The notes under the pieces were generated by a model that worked only from the letters and a program-made list of their open reading frames with translations, was not told the origin of the DNA and searched no databases. Below are positions 9,621 to 19,866 of a DNA stretch of 64,000 bases, one piece after another; the first letter of the stretch is position 1; every line of letters starts with the position of its first letter. Source of the stretch: a virus; IMG/VR virus record IMGVR_UViG_3300019888_000107, positions 32,001 to 96,000 of that record; one strand, written 5' to 3'. The translations under genes and the position numbers were made by a program.

Positions 9621-12600
9621 CTACACGAGGGTGAACAGCGCCTTGACCGCATCCACATCGCCCTGCTCGGCCAGTCGATTAGCCGCCTCCGCCACATCGG
9701 GATCAAGTGCTGTGAACTCAAAGTCCCGCCACCGCCGCGCGCCATCTTTCTCATCGCGCCGAGCGGCGAACGTCAAAAACGCCTTCTGCTCCGCGCGTCG
9801 GGCTTTCGGGTCTGCCCGCCCGGATTCGAGACCGGTACGCACCTGCTCGTCACGCCCAGTCGACGGCGGAGTTTTCGAGGGCGCGGCCTGGGAGGGTGCG
9901 GATGGGATGGCCGGCGCCGGTTCGGTATAGCCGGGCTGGTTTTGCGCGGCCGACGGGAGGTTGCCGGGCATCCCGAGGGGGCTGGCCTCCACGTCGAGCC
10001 ACGCCGGCCCCGTCGGAGTCGTGAGAAATGGCGCGTTTGCTTCCGGGAACTCATACCGTGGCAAGTTCAGCTGATCCCGGCCCTCGTTCAGAGTTTTCAG
10101 ACCACCGTTGACATAGCCGGTGAGCAACGCCGCTTGTTTCTGCTCATCGTCCTGATCAAGCCCGTTAAACCTAAACGTCACCTCAGGGGGCATGTTGAGG
10201 TAATGGGTACAGACCTCGTTAACCAGGTCCATCACCCATTGCGCGGTCGGTTTCGTGCCCCGCTGCAGCTGGGAATCCTGTTCCCCCTGAGCGTGGCCCT
10301 GACCACCCATGTTGCCTGAACCGTGGTTGGGCGAGAACCCGATAGAGGTGGGCAGCACGTCGAACGCGGCGCAGATCAGCCGAACCAAGTGCAAATCGAA
10401 ATCGGACGTGAACTTGGTGTCGTGACTCTCCGGATACGCGGCGTTAAAACCCGCCGGCAAGAACCGGGCCCGATGCCGCTCATTTGTCTGACCAGACAGA
10501 TCGTCATTGAACACGGCTTCGTATTCGCGCAACTGCTCCGGGGTCATATCGGTATCGACCATCACGAGCATTTCGGGCGTAACCCCAGAAGTGTACTCAC
10601 TCCGGAGCCAATCAAACCGCTTCAACCACAAGTCAACGTCGGTCAGCGCCTGTTCGCAATTGCTAAATCCGTAAGGGCCGCGAGTACGCCGATTCCGCAC
10701 CTTATAGATCAACGCGTCGGTGGCGGCGTCCGGAGCGCCCGTATTGCCGTAGATCGCCGAGACGAACTCCGCGTCCACCAGCTCCGGCGGTGTCAGCTGG
10801 TCAAACTCGTCGCGCGGAAATCCGTACAAGATTTGCTGAAACGCGGGATAAGGTGGCTGGGGTGTCGCGCCCCGATGATCCAGCAAGGGCTTGATGGTGT
10901 TGCCGCACCAGGCAGCCTTGCCATTACGTCGAACGTAGAGCACCTCATTAGGTACGCTGACGCAGAATACATCACCGTCGTAGGGGGTCTTATCTAGACT
11001 CCAAGTACGGTACTCAGTCCGAGACAGGGCCACGGTGTACTTACGCCGCTTATTTGCAGCCTTGATGACTCGCCCGTCACGCATAACGGTGTCGGTCAAG
11101 TCCTGATCGCTACGGATACTCGCTGAAAGGCCCATCTTCTGGGCGATCTCCTGGAGGTCGTCAGCCATACGTGGACTGACCGTGGTGATAGTTTCAGTGA
11201 CCCCATAGTGGCCATCGCCGAGCATGTAGAACCGCCAGAAAATGTCTAACTGGCGCGCCGAGAGACCTTTAATAATCTCCGGCACATACTTCTGGTGAGC
11301 CTTACCGAACTGCGCAAGGTAGTCGTGCAGCACCTTACGCCCGATGACAAAATTCGCACCGGTATGGCAGACCTTACGCCCGAAAATACGCTCCAGTAGC
11401 CCCCGAAACGGCTCGAAACCCTTCGACTTTGGGTTCTGGGTAATCGCAATTTGGTCGCCGTTGCTGGCGCAACCCTCAGACAGGTACATACCCATAAACG
11501 CGGCGAAGTCATCACCAGTGCAGGCGAAAGACAGGGAATTCGTACGACCGTTCGCGGGCAACGCGAAGCGCTCCAGATCCGCAGCCTCCCAGCGGGAGGT
11601 CATGGGAATACGACGGCCGAGGTGTCCATGCCCGAGTTCGAACAGTTCCCCGGCAGTGACGATAGCTTCGCCCCGCTCACGGTGGCGAGAACCACCCAGG
11701 GCGCGCGGCAATCCCTCGATCACCATCCGGTGGTTTGGCGTAACCAACAGGTCCATCGAGCGAGAACGAAAATGGCACAGCTCACCCGTGAATGGAGCGC
11801 GATGATAGTAAGTAGCCGGCTGCCACTCAAACGCCTTGGTCTTCTGGTTGCGGGTGGCAAACTCATCGGTAGCTACATCGACCTGGGAGAAAGGAAGCCA
11901 GCCACGGCGGGTCAGCACCTCCGTGTCGTCGGAGTAGCAAGAACTGTCCAACAATTCTAATGAATGCAGGTCACCGCTCATGGTCAGGTGGGGATAGATT
12001 GCTACGGCGTCCAAGACCAACTGATCTTCGAGTAGCGCCCCGAGCCACTCCGAGAACGTCCAGTTGTTGATCCGGTCGGGCTTGGTCCACCATTGGTGCA
12101 ACCGCTCAATATCGTCGGCGTACTTGTCCTGCAAATCGGAGGTGACCGCCAAATCCGAGGTGCCGGAACGCTTCGCCAGGTGCTTCGCCATAGCCGAGTC
12201 GATGCCGAACGACCAGTCCAGCCCGGTGATCGTGGACTTACACGTCTCGATGCACGACCGCATGATGCTGACCTGGTCGGCGGCGTCGCGCAGCACACTC
12301 CACGGAACAGCGCGCGTGGTGGTGGTCTGCAGGTTCCAGGTGAGCGGGTATTCCCAGCGGCGCGGCGCGGGTCGACCACTGGGAAGCAACGGATCGAGCG
12401 CCGCCGGAATCAGCGGGCTACCGGGCCCAAAGCTCACGTTGTCGTACGGGTCGCGGGGCAAGGCGGTCGCCGGGTTCACACGGGCAGCCATTCCCGACCG
12501 TTGCAGCGCCTGCAAATACCCCGGGGAGATGGGCGTCGCTGAACCGCGAGTATCCGCTGGCAGCGCGAGGGCCTTCGACAGCTCTTCCCGAATGATCCGC

Positions 12601-12677
12601 CGAACGTCCACCCCGGAATCCGCCGGAGCGAGTGGATGTGGTGTGGGCTGCTGGGACGGGCGCCGACGACGAGACAT
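9621..12677 (-). CDS. Portal protein (intein-containing)
   Basis: Follows TerL; ICAAFDVLP, TLNEGRDQLNLP motifs; interrupted by an intein. Confidence 0.8.
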   Translation of the reverse strand: MSRRRRPSQQPTPHPLAPADSGVDVRRIIREELSKALALPADTRGSATPISPGYLQALQRSGMAARVNPATALPRDPYDNVSFGPGSPLIPAALDPLLPSGRPAPRRWEYPLTWNLQTTTTRAVPWSVLRDAADQVSIMRSCIETCKSTITGLDWSFGIDSAMAKHLAKRSGTSDLAVTSDLQDKYADDIERLHQWWTKPDRINNWTFSEWLGALLEDQLVLDAVAIYPHLTMSGDLHSLELLDSSCYSDDTEVLTRRGWLPFSQVDVATDEFATRNQKTKAFEWQPATYYHRAPFTGELCHFRSRSMDLLVTPNHRMVIEGLPRALGGSRHRERGEAIVTAGELFELGHGHLGRRIPMTSRWEAADLERFALPANGRTNSLSFACTGDDFAAFMGMYLSEGCASNGDQIAITQNPKSKGFEPFRGLLERIFGRKVCHTGANFVIGRKVLHDYLAQFGKAHQKYVPEIIKGLSARQLDIFWRFYMLGDGHYGVTETITTVSPRMADDLQEIAQKMGLSASIRSDQDLTDTVMRDGRVIKAANKRRKYTVALSRTEYRTWSLDKTPYDGDVFCVSVPNEVLYVRRNGKAAWCGNTIKPLLDHRGATPQPPYPAFQQILYGFPRDEFDQLTPPELVDAEFVSAIYGNTGAPDAATDALIYKVRNRRTRGPYGFSNCEQALTDVDLWLKRFDWLRSEYTSGVTPEMLVMVDTDMTPEQLREYEAVFNDDLSGQTNERHRARFLPAGFNAAYPESHDTKFTSDFDLHLVRLICAAFDVLPTSIGFSPNHGSGNMGGQGHAQGEQDSQLQRGTKPTAQWVMDLVNEVCTHYLNMPPEVTFRFNGLDQDDEQKQAALLTGYVNGGLKTLNEGRDQLNLPRYEFPEANAPFLTTPTGPAWLDVEASPLGMPGNLPSAAQNQPGYTEPAPAIPSAPSQAAPSKTPPSTGRDEQVRTGLESGRADPKARRAEQKAFLTFAARRDEKDGARRWRDFEFTALDPDVAEAANRLAEQGDVDAVKALFTLV
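10899..11939 (-). mobile_element. Intein with LAGLIDADG homing endonuclease in portal (347 aa)
   Basis: SS|CYSDDTEVLTRRGW, block B VTPNHRM, LAGLIDADG-like FMGMYLSEG and FYMLGDG, end YVRRNGKAAWCGN|T. Confidence 0.88.
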
Positions 12678-12776
12678 GGCCCCACCCCCTCTATTCACCT
12701 TGTGCTCTTGCGTGTCTTCGCGTGCACCACAACCTTTTTGACCGGCTTAACCTTGTGCGCTTTCCCCAGGCCGCGT

Positions 12777-14225
12777 TTACCCACCGACACCACCCACCAC
12801 CTGGGGTTCGGCGTCCTGGGTCAACGCGGCGCCACACCCGCGACAATGCGTCGCCTTCTTCCGGTTCGGCAGCGTACAGGCGCTACACAAGGTGGAAATA
12901 TGCGCCAGATACAGCATCGCCGAGGTACCGACATTCAGCTCAAATGCCGACCACACCATCGCGTCGAGCTGATCAGGACTCTCAGTGGTGTCAGAGGTGA
13001 AAGACGCCATCTGGTCCTCTAGGGTCGGCATAATCCCAACAATATGACCCCTTCCTTGTTCCCACAGCGCGGCAATCGGCTCGGCCCGGACCAGCTTGCC
13101 CCGGGTCGCCCGCACCGACCGATACGGCACATTAGGATCAACGGTTCTGAGGACACCCTCGATATAATCCCCGCCGTTGTTGACCTCACCGACAATACGA
13201 TCGGCGTGCCACCGGTGATACGCATCGACAGCCCGCGACATACAGCTATGCGGAGTGCCTTTCGTCGTGCAATCCTCCAGGATATAAATATGCCCGTCGG
13301 CGGACCGGCCCGCCACCACAATCCCCGTCGAATCCGACTTCTCACCACTGGTCACCGCCGGGTCCACCCCGACCACAATCCGCGCCAGCGACGGCGGCTT
13401 ATCCACCCGGGAGGCATCGAGCATCGCCCGCGACCACAAAGCACCCTCAACGTCCTCCAGCAGCTCACCCTCAAGCTCCTGGCGACCTAGTCTCGTGCCT
13501 TCGTACCGGGCTCGTAGTTCGGCTAGGGCGGTTCGGGAGAGGTTCGCGGCGTTATCCCAGGTCTTACCCCGCACTACCGCAACCGTGCCGTCATCGCGGG
13601 CCAGAAGGTCTTTCAGTAGCTTGACCGGTCGGGGCGTCGTCGTGATCAGCACGCGCGGGTTCTCACCGATACGCAGCGCCGGCATCAGCGCTTCGCCGAA
13701 CAATTCATCGGCATACGCCATGGCGGCGGCTTCATCCACCCAGGCGCCAGAAAGATTCGATCCGCGCAGTCGGTCCGGACGGTCGGCGCTGTAGCCATAA
13801 ATGCGCGAGCCATTACTCAAACGCACCTGCAAGTCGGCGTAGTTCACGCTATCCAACTCGCCAGGGAGTAGCGCCTTCATCACACCCGACTGACCCTCAA
13901 TACACGTCTTACGGCAATCTCGCCAGGTCGGCGCAATAATCGCCCACTCCGTATCGGGATGCCGGGCGGCCTGCTCGACAATCCATTCAGATCCGACCCG
14001 TGTCTTGCCCCAGCCTCTCCCGGCAATTACTAAGAGAATAGCCCAATCGCCAATCGGTGGCAATTGATCCGGGCGGGCCTGCTTGTGCCACGGGCGCGGG
14101 CGTGGGGGAGCGTTGCGGGCGATGAGCCGCTGGACCTCGGCGTACTGCTCGCGCAGGCGGGCCAGATATTCCAACTTCTCCAGCGGGGCTTCGATGAGCT
14201 GTGGCTTCTCCGCCACGAGAGACAC
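12777..14225 (-). CDS. terL: Terminase large subunit
   Basis: Walker A GRGWGKT, Walker B WVDEAA, TTTPRP, nuclease GVDPA, PDQLDA. Confidence 0.92.
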   Translation of the reverse strand: MSLVAEKPQLIEAPLEKLEYLARLREQYAEVQRLIARNAPPRPRPWHKQARPDQLPPIGDWAILLVIAGRGWGKTRVGSEWIVEQAARHPDTEWAIIAPTWRDCRKTCIEGQSGVMKALLPGELDSVNYADLQVRLSNGSRIYGYSADRPDRLRGSNLSGAWVDEAAAMAYADELFGEALMPALRIGENPRVLITTTPRPVKLLKDLLARDDGTVAVVRGKTWDNAANLSRTALAELRARYEGTRLGRQELEGELLEDVEGALWSRAMLDASRVDKPPSLARIVVGVDPAVTSGEKSDSTGIVVAGRSADGHIYILEDCTTKGTPHSCMSRAVDAYHRWHADRIVGEVNNGGDYIEGVLRTVDPNVPYRSVRATRGKLVRAEPIAALWEQGRGHIVGIMPTLEDQMASFTSDTTESPDQLDAMVWSAFELNVGTSAMLYLAHISTLCSACTLPNRKKATHCRGCGAALTQDAEPQVVGGVGG

Positions 14226-14295
14226 CTCCCGCCGCGTGGGTGTCGCTATGAAGTTCTGAACTTGAGCGAGTCTCGGACCGGATCTTGCCTACGTG

Positions 14296-14313
14296 TGGTA
14301 TCTTAGGCCCATG
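14296..14313 (+). promoter_or_regulatory. Possible extended -10 promoter for a leaderless transcript
   Basis: TGGTATCTT six nt before ATG 14311, no RBS. Confidence 0.4.
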
Positions 14314-14952
14314 ACTACCATCAACTCAGCCCTGACCGACCGCGAAGAGCAGGTTCTGGCGCTCCTCCAACTGGGCCGCGACAACGCCGCCATCGTCGCC
14401 GAGCTGGAAATTGGCATCGGCACCGTGCAAAACCACGTCACGTCGGTCTGTCGCAAGCTCGGGGTCACCGACCGCTTCGCCGCGGCAGCGACGGCCCGTA
14501 CCCGCCCCACCGCCGTCGCGGGCTCGGGACCTCAACGCCGCGCCTGCGCCCGCGACGGCTGCGACGTCGAATTCGCCCTCGACCATCGGGGCACCCGCTA
14601 CTGCTCGCCACACTGCCGCGAGCTGGCCCGCTACGCCGCACAACACAGCCAGGTCCCGTGCCCGATCTGCGGCACACTGTTCGACCAGCGCACAGACCTG
14701 CACACCCCGGAGACGTGTGGCAACAGCTGCGGCCAACAACTACGGATGCGACGTAAGGGGAACACCCTCACCCCGCGCCAGGAAGAAGTGTTCAGCCTCA
14801 TCGCGCACGGGCTGTCCACCGAGGAGATCGCCGCCCACCTGCACATCAGCCGGGGCACCGCGAAAAACCTAGCCACCACGCTCTACCGCCGACTCGGGGT
14901 CAGCGGCCGGGCCGACGTGGCGGCAGCCTGGGAAGCGCGCACACGCACCTGA
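14311..14952 (+). CDS. Regulator with two LuxR HTH domains flanking Cys-rich Zn fingers
   Basis: LTDREEQVL..HVTSVCRKLGV and LTPRQEEVF..LYRRLGVSGR; central CxxxxC/CxxxC/CxxC. Confidence 0.8.
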   Translation: MTTINSALTDREEQVLALLQLGRDNAAIVAELEIGIGTVQNHVTSVCRKLGVTDRFAAAATARTRPTAVAGSGPQRRACARDGCDVEFALDHRGTRYCSPHCRELARYAAQHSQVPCPICGTLFDQRTDLHTPETCGNSCGQQLRMRRKGNTLTPRQEEVFSLIAHGLSTEEIAAHLHISRGTAKNLATTLYRRLGVSGRADVAAAWEARTRT

Positions 14953-15012
14953 TCACAAGCAATCGACGGGCCGACTAACCACACGACCAACTAGCGAAAC
15001 AGGCCAACGATC

Positions 15013-15369
15013 ATGGGACTCTTCTTTACGCCCTACTACCTCGTGCGCTCCCTGACCCGCGGCGGCCGACGGGGGCTCCCGCGCGCCACCAACCCGGTCC
15101 CCACCCGCAAGTTGCTCCCCGTCGGGCGCCCACTCGCGGTATCCGTAGGCAGTTTCGCCGTGGCAGCCACCCTACCGCCATCCGTACTGACCGCCATATG
15201 CGTATTCGTCACGATGATCAGTGGGGTCTGGGCGTTCGCACGGTTCTGCCGGATCTGTTTGGACCACAAGACTGCGGGGCCACCACCGACGCCCACCCGC
15301 GAGCCACCCATTCCACCGAAGCACCAGGGCCCGAACGACCGGCCTTTTCCGTGGCGCCCGTATAGCTAA
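15013..15369 (+). CDS. Hypothetical membrane protein
   Basis: Hydrophobic segments; AACGATCATG start motif. Confidence 0.5.
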   Translation: MGLFFTPYYLVRSLTRGGRRGLPRATNPVPTRKLLPVGRPLAVSVGSFAVAATLPPSVLTAICVFVTMISGVWAFARFCRICLDHKTAGPPPTPTREPPIPPKHQGPNDRPFPWRPYS

Positions 15370-15691
15370 ACACAGGGCCCGCCGCAGTTCGAGGATAGTA
15401 AGAGGGCTTTCAACCGCAACACGCTACTAGCCGTGCGTCCGCGACACGGCCAATACGTTCAGAAATGGCAGCCACATACCGGGAAAAAGCGACCCAAAAA
15501 TATAGCAAAAAATTTAATTCGAAGCGACTCAAAAAACGCCGCTGGTGATGAACCCGTGCCCCTAATGGAGTAGTTGGGCCATGTGGGTGGGGGGTCTTCA
15601 CCCGTTTGCGTCACCCGTTTGCCCTAGTGGACCACCCATCTGCCACATGATCGTTCCGCTGTTGATCTTGAACGGGGTGTAGGCTTGGGCT

Positions 15692-15961
15692 ATGCCCAAC
15701 GAGATGAACGCCAGCCCCGCGGCCGCCCCGCGCGCGCCCGCGAGGCCCCCGACCCAGTCCAACGGCACCGCCCTGCCCGAGTACACCCAGCGACACCTCG
15801 CGGACTTGATCAACTACTTCGATCTTGATCTTGACAAGTTGATCTACGAGGACGAGGTGATCAACTTCGCAGAGATGATCATCCGCGAGCACGCGGCTCG
15901 GGCGCGACGGCTGGCCTCGGTGTTCGCCGACGCGCCTGCGGATGATCTTGACCGGTTCTGA
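15692..15961 (+). CDS. Hypothetical protein
   Basis: Coding-like composition. Confidence 0.6.
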   Translation: MPNEMNASPAAAPRAPARPPTQSNGTALPEYTQRHLADLINYFDLDLDKLIYEDEVINFAEMIIREHAARARRLASVFADAPADDLDRF

Positions 15962-16320
15962 CAGCACGTGGTGCGCCCGAGTGACACGGGCGTAGCGCGA
16001 GCCGCCCGAACGTGAGGCGACGACTCCGGAAAGCCCCCGATGATCTTGTCGGGATGTCGCTACCGGCCCCGCAATGACACCGCCGCTAAGGCGATCGCAC
16101 CGCCGAACTAGGAACCACCCGTGTGTCCCGTCGTGCCGGAATGCCGGTACGTGAGCACGGTGCAGGCCAGGACTAGGTATGTAGTCCACTCGGGTGTAGG
16201 TGATCACGGTCGATTCTGAGACGCCGCGGGCACATGCCGGAGCAAGATCATCATCACTGCGAGAGCAGTCCGACACCCGCGAGTTGATCATGACGCGCGG
16301 GTAGTCGGTCGTTACTCAGA
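15962..16320 (+). ncRNA. Candidate large structured RNA or leader
   Basis: About 360 nt without a credible ORF; many hairpins and long-range pairings. Confidence 0.4.
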
Positions 16321-16337
16321 GTGAGAGGAAAACGATC

Positions 16338-16598
16338 ATGATCCAAACACGTGCGAGCCGTGCCCTGCACACTCTCACCGACGCACCGCCTGCCCAGCCG
16401 TGGATCACCTGCGCCATGATCCATTGTCGTTCGCTCGCCACGCACACCGTGTATTGGTCCGATGGCGACACCTCACACGAATGTTTCGGGTGCGCGTGGG
16501 AGTCCTATCACGAGCGGCCCGACCAGCGTGGCGTACGCGCAACCAGCATGACAACCGGAATCGTCAACCCAGATGTGCTAGTTGGCGTCGCCCGATGA
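16338..16598 (+). CDS. Hypothetical Cys/His protein
   Basis: GAGAGG RBS plus start motif. Confidence 0.6.
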   Translation: MIQTRASRALHTLTDAPPAQPWITCAMIHCRSLATHTVYWSDGDTSHECFGCAWESYHERPDQRGVRATSMTTGIVNPDVLVGVAR

Positions 16599-16762
16599 TC
16601 ACCACCTGGCTCACGAGCATGATCACGGAGCGCACCGAGCAAGCCCGACGGGTCCGCCGCGCGGCGTACCGCTTCGCTGCCCTGCAGTCAGCCGGTTACA
16701 CAGCGGACATTCCGTGCGAGGGATGCGGAATGTTCATTGTGTGCTGGTGCGATAAGCGATAG
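16595..16762 (+). CDS. Small Cys-rich protein
   Basis: ATGA overlap; CEGC...CWC. Confidence 0.5.
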   Translation: MITTWLTSMITERTEQARRVRRAAYRFAALQSAGYTADIPCEGCGMFIVCWCDKR

Positions 16763-16859
16763 CTCTCTTGTATAAAAACTTCCCTGCCGCTTGCTTCGAT
16801 GCCGGGCTAGTTCCGGCGCCGTTGCAAGTCACACGGAACACAACCGAAGGATAATAGTC

Positions 16860-17081
16860 ATGACCACACCGTATAACCCGCGCGCCGACTGGGCCGCGGA
16901 AGCCTACCTCGCCGCGAAAGAAGCATTCTGTACCACGTGCTGCACGTCCTACCCGCTCAAAACGTGGCCGCCGAGCAGCGAGGATCTCGAATCGGCTGAA
17001 CTGATTCACCGGAAAATCGACGGCGCGCACTACGCGATATGGGCCGATGACGTGCGCACGTACTCATGCAATTGGCTCTGA
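16860..17081 (+). CDS. Hypothetical protein
   Basis: GAAGGA RBS. Confidence 0.55.
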   Translation: MTTPYNPRADWAAEAYLAAKEAFCTTCCTSYPLKTWPPSSEDLESAELIHRKIDGAHYAIWADDVRTYSCNWL

Positions 17082-17188
17082 GCATCCCAGGTACCCGTAC
17101 GGGTGTGTTCGACCGTGTCACTTCCGGACCGAACGCACCCGCCTAGCTATCTGGTTAGGAATGCGCCAGCACACAGGAGTAGAGCACC

Positions 17189-18244
17189 ATGTCCAAGGAA
17201 ACAATCGAGTGGTTGAACACGCATGTGCTCGTTGGGATGACTGACCAGCGGGGCAACGCATGGCATTACAGCACCGATGACCAGGGCAGTGAGTCCAACC
17301 ACTACCCCGGCGCGATTCCGGTCGAGGATGTTCGCCGACGGTTGTTCGGCTTTGAGATTGTCGGGCGCCGCGTGGCGATCGAGGTCCCAGCTGACATCGA
17401 AACCATGACTCACATGTCCGACGACGGTACGCCGATGCGATGGGACGTGCAGATGGAACGTCAGGCAATGGTCACCGACGACACTCACGAGACCCTCGGA
17501 CTGTTCAAATCCGGTTACCGCGGTCACGGTTTCAATGAGTGGCTACTTGACGGGCCGGCCAACCTGATTGATGACGAGATCGCTATCTCATCGGCCGGCC
17601 TGTTGAAGAATCGCGCGGTTGCGTGGGTCGAGGTGTCCATGCCGGAGACGATGGTTGCGTGTGGTTTCACGTACCGCCCGAACATCCTGGCGTGCACGTC
17701 ATTCGACGGGACGCTAGCCACAACCTACAAGGGCACCGTCGGCGCCACCGTGTGCGACAACACGCTAACCGCGGCACTCGGCGAGTCCGGACACGTGTTC
17801 AAAGCCAAGCACTCTCGCAACAGCGGATTCAAAATCGCCGCAGCACGTGACGCACTGGGAATCGTGCACACGATGGGTGAGGCATTCGCTGCTGACATCG
17901 AGCGGCTGACCGCGCAAAAGGTCACCCCTTCACAGTGGGCAGCCGTGCTCGACGCGCTGGTTCCGAATGAGAAGGACGAGAAGGGTAAGGATCTCAGTAA
18001 GCGTGGCGTGACCATTGCCAACGGCAAGCGTGACCGGCTGCAGACCATGTGGGTATCGGACGCGCGCGTTGCCCCATGGACCAGTACGGCGCTCGGCGTG
18101 CTCCAGGCGTTCAACACCTGGGAGCACTGGGAGAAGCCAGTCCACCGCGCCACCATTCGGGAGGAGCGCAACAGGATGGACGCGCTCACTGGAGACACCG
18201 ACAAAGCCGATGCGAAGGTACTGCAGGTACTGGCAGCACTCTAG
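17189..18244 (+). CDS. DUF932 / TIGR03299-like phage-plasmid protein
   Basis: SAGLLKNR, TSFDGTLAT..VCDNTL, KHSRNS motifs. Confidence 0.75.
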   Translation: MSKETIEWLNTHVLVGMTDQRGNAWHYSTDDQGSESNHYPGAIPVEDVRRRLFGFEIVGRRVAIEVPADIETMTHMSDDGTPMRWDVQMERQAMVTDDTHETLGLFKSGYRGHGFNEWLLDGPANLIDDEIAISSAGLLKNRAVAWVEVSMPETMVACGFTYRPNILACTSFDGTLATTYKGTVGATVCDNTLTAALGESGHVFKAKHSRNSGFKIAAARDALGIVHTMGEAFAADIERLTAQKVTPSQWAAVLDALVPNEKDEKGKDLSKRGVTIANGKRDRLQTMWVSDARVAPWTSTALGVLQAFNTWEHWEKPVHRATIREERNRMDALTGDTDKADAKVLQVLAAL

Positions 18245-18326
18245 TCGCTTCCGTTCGGCATAGCGGGTACGTAACCGCTGTGCCGTCCGGTAGACATTAG
18301 AGAGCAACCACAGAAGGGAAACCGTC

Positions 18327-18572
18327 ATGCGTATGCGATTCACTAAGAGTGAAAAGGCAGCATTCGTCAAGGATGCCGCGATCGAATGGCGCAACGGCCG
18401 GTACTGGTATCCCGGTCGGATAGTGGACGGTGTGATCCACAACGACCCGTACGGATCCGGGTTCCAACACATGTTGATCAAATCCACTCACAGCGGCAAG
18501 GGTGGCGGAATCGTCCGCAACGGAGAAATCACCTACGGCTCGCCTACCTCCGTTCGGGTCCGCAATGTCTGA
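18327..18572 (+). CDS. Hypothetical protein
   Basis: RBS and near-match start motif. Confidence 0.55.
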   Translation: MRMRFTKSEKAAFVKDAAIEWRNGRYWYPGRIVDGVIHNDPYGSGFQHMLIKSTHSGKGGGIVRNGEITYGSPTSVRVRNV

Positions 18573-18906
18573 CACCCGGATCATCGTTCGCCAATTCGAT
18601 AACACCCGCTGGCACTCGAATGGCGTTGCGGGCGACACGGTGTGTGTTGATCGGGCTGCGGCAGAGTTGCATCTTGCCCGGATCCTGCCGCATCTGGCAC
18701 CGGGACAGCGTGCTCTCATCCTGTCGCGTCAAGCGTCGGCCGATGCGCTGGTCTACGGACGGGCCGCAGCCGGCAACAACCGTCGGGTGCATGTACTCCG
18801 CCGTGACGCGGGTACTTACAACGTCGCTATGTGCGGCGCCCGGATCCCTAAGCAACCGCAGACGACACAGGAACGGCTGCCTAAGTGCCACCGTTGTTTC
18901 AACTAG
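18565..18906 (+). CDS. Hypothetical protein
   Basis: Overlapping start; C-terminal CxxC. Confidence 0.5.
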   Translation: MSDTRIIVRQFDNTRWHSNGVAGDTVCVDRAAAELHLARILPHLAPGQRALILSRQASADALVYGRAAAGNNRRVHVLRRDAGTYNVAMCGARIPKQPQTTQERLPKCHRCFN

Positions 18907-18920
18907 AGAGGAAAACGATC

Positions 18921-19331
18921 ATGAACGAGACCAAAATTGCGTTCGCGCAAGGGCTGGCCTACGCGTGGGGCCGACAGGATGCGGAACGTGACTTCGGAAT
19001 GCTCAACTCGCACGGGCGCTGTGATGAGTACGCGTTCGCACTCATCCGCGAGCGTCTGGCGGAGATGTACCGCGCCGAGCAAGTGAGCACCACCCTGACG
19101 GTTCAGGGGTCATTCATCGAATTCCGGATGACCGGCCGCGTCATGTTCCGGCGCAATGGTGCCATGTGGGCGCTCATAACCGAAGCACCGCAGGGCAGCA
19201 CCACGCTCGTTGAGTTCCCAGTGCCGTGGTCAGATAACACCTTGCCATATTGGCACCAAGTGGCTGACGGGTCTGTCGTCGGCGCGCGTCCAGTGCACAT
19301 ATCGGTACTTCCCAGTGGACAGCCATCATGA
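18921..19331 (+). CDS. Hypothetical protein
   Basis: GAGAGGAAAACGATCATG start. Confidence 0.6.
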   Translation: MNETKIAFAQGLAYAWGRQDAERDFGMLNSHGRCDEYAFALIRERLAEMYRAEQVSTTLTVQGSFIEFRMTGRVMFRRNGAMWALITEAPQGSTTLVEFPVPWSDNTLPYWHQVADGSVVGARPVHISVLPSGQPS

Positions 19332-19591
19332 GCAGGCGAAAGACGATCAGCGTCGCGCTAATACTTAAACGGGTAAATCACTTGCTCGCCTACCCGAACA
19401 CGCGCGGCGACTCGATCGCCAGGCTCACTCCAGAGCAGGCTTACCGCAGAGGCGCCGCCAGCGTACTGGAAGGAATCCTTCACGAAACGGGTAACTATCA
19501 GGGATTCAGCTTTCACAACGTGGATCACACGACGGACCCGCCGACCATTCCGGACGAGTCACGGCGCACGTACGGCGGGCCGACGGCATGA
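19328..19591 (+). CDS. Hypothetical protein
   Basis: ATGA coupling. Confidence 0.6.
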   Translation: MSRRKTISVALILKRVNHLLAYPNTRGDSIARLTPEQAYRRGAASVLEGILHETGNYQGFSFHNVDHTTDPPTIPDESRRTYGGPTA

Positions 19592-19866
19592 GCACACCGA
19601 CGCTGATCACGGTCGAGTGCTCAGATCGACGCTGCACCGATGGTGTGACGTGGTGCGCCGCGTGCAATGGGTTCGGGGTGCTTACCAGCCGCGGCCGGAA
19701 ATATCAGGTTCGGGCGGCACTGCGGAACACGATCAGCCCGAAGGGCAAACAGCACGTCGACTGTGACGGAACGGGTTTGCAGCCCTGCGGGTGTCGCGTG
19801 CTGGACGCGGAAGGGCTCGCATCGCTGAGTGTGCCCTCTGAGTACTCCCGAACGGTCGACAAGTGA
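19588..19866 (+). CDS. Cys-rich (DnaJ Zn-finger-like) protein
   Basis: CxxCxGxG and CDGTG motifs. Confidence 0.55.
   Translation: MSTPTLITVECSDRRCTDGVTWCAACNGFGVLTSRGRKYQVRAALRNTISPKGKQHVDCDGTGLQPCGCRVLDAEGLASLSVPSEYSRTVDK

Noticed and set aside
15611-16291. 226-aa minus-strand ORF
   Set aside because: Antisense to a credible gene; Arg/Gly-rich shadow composition.
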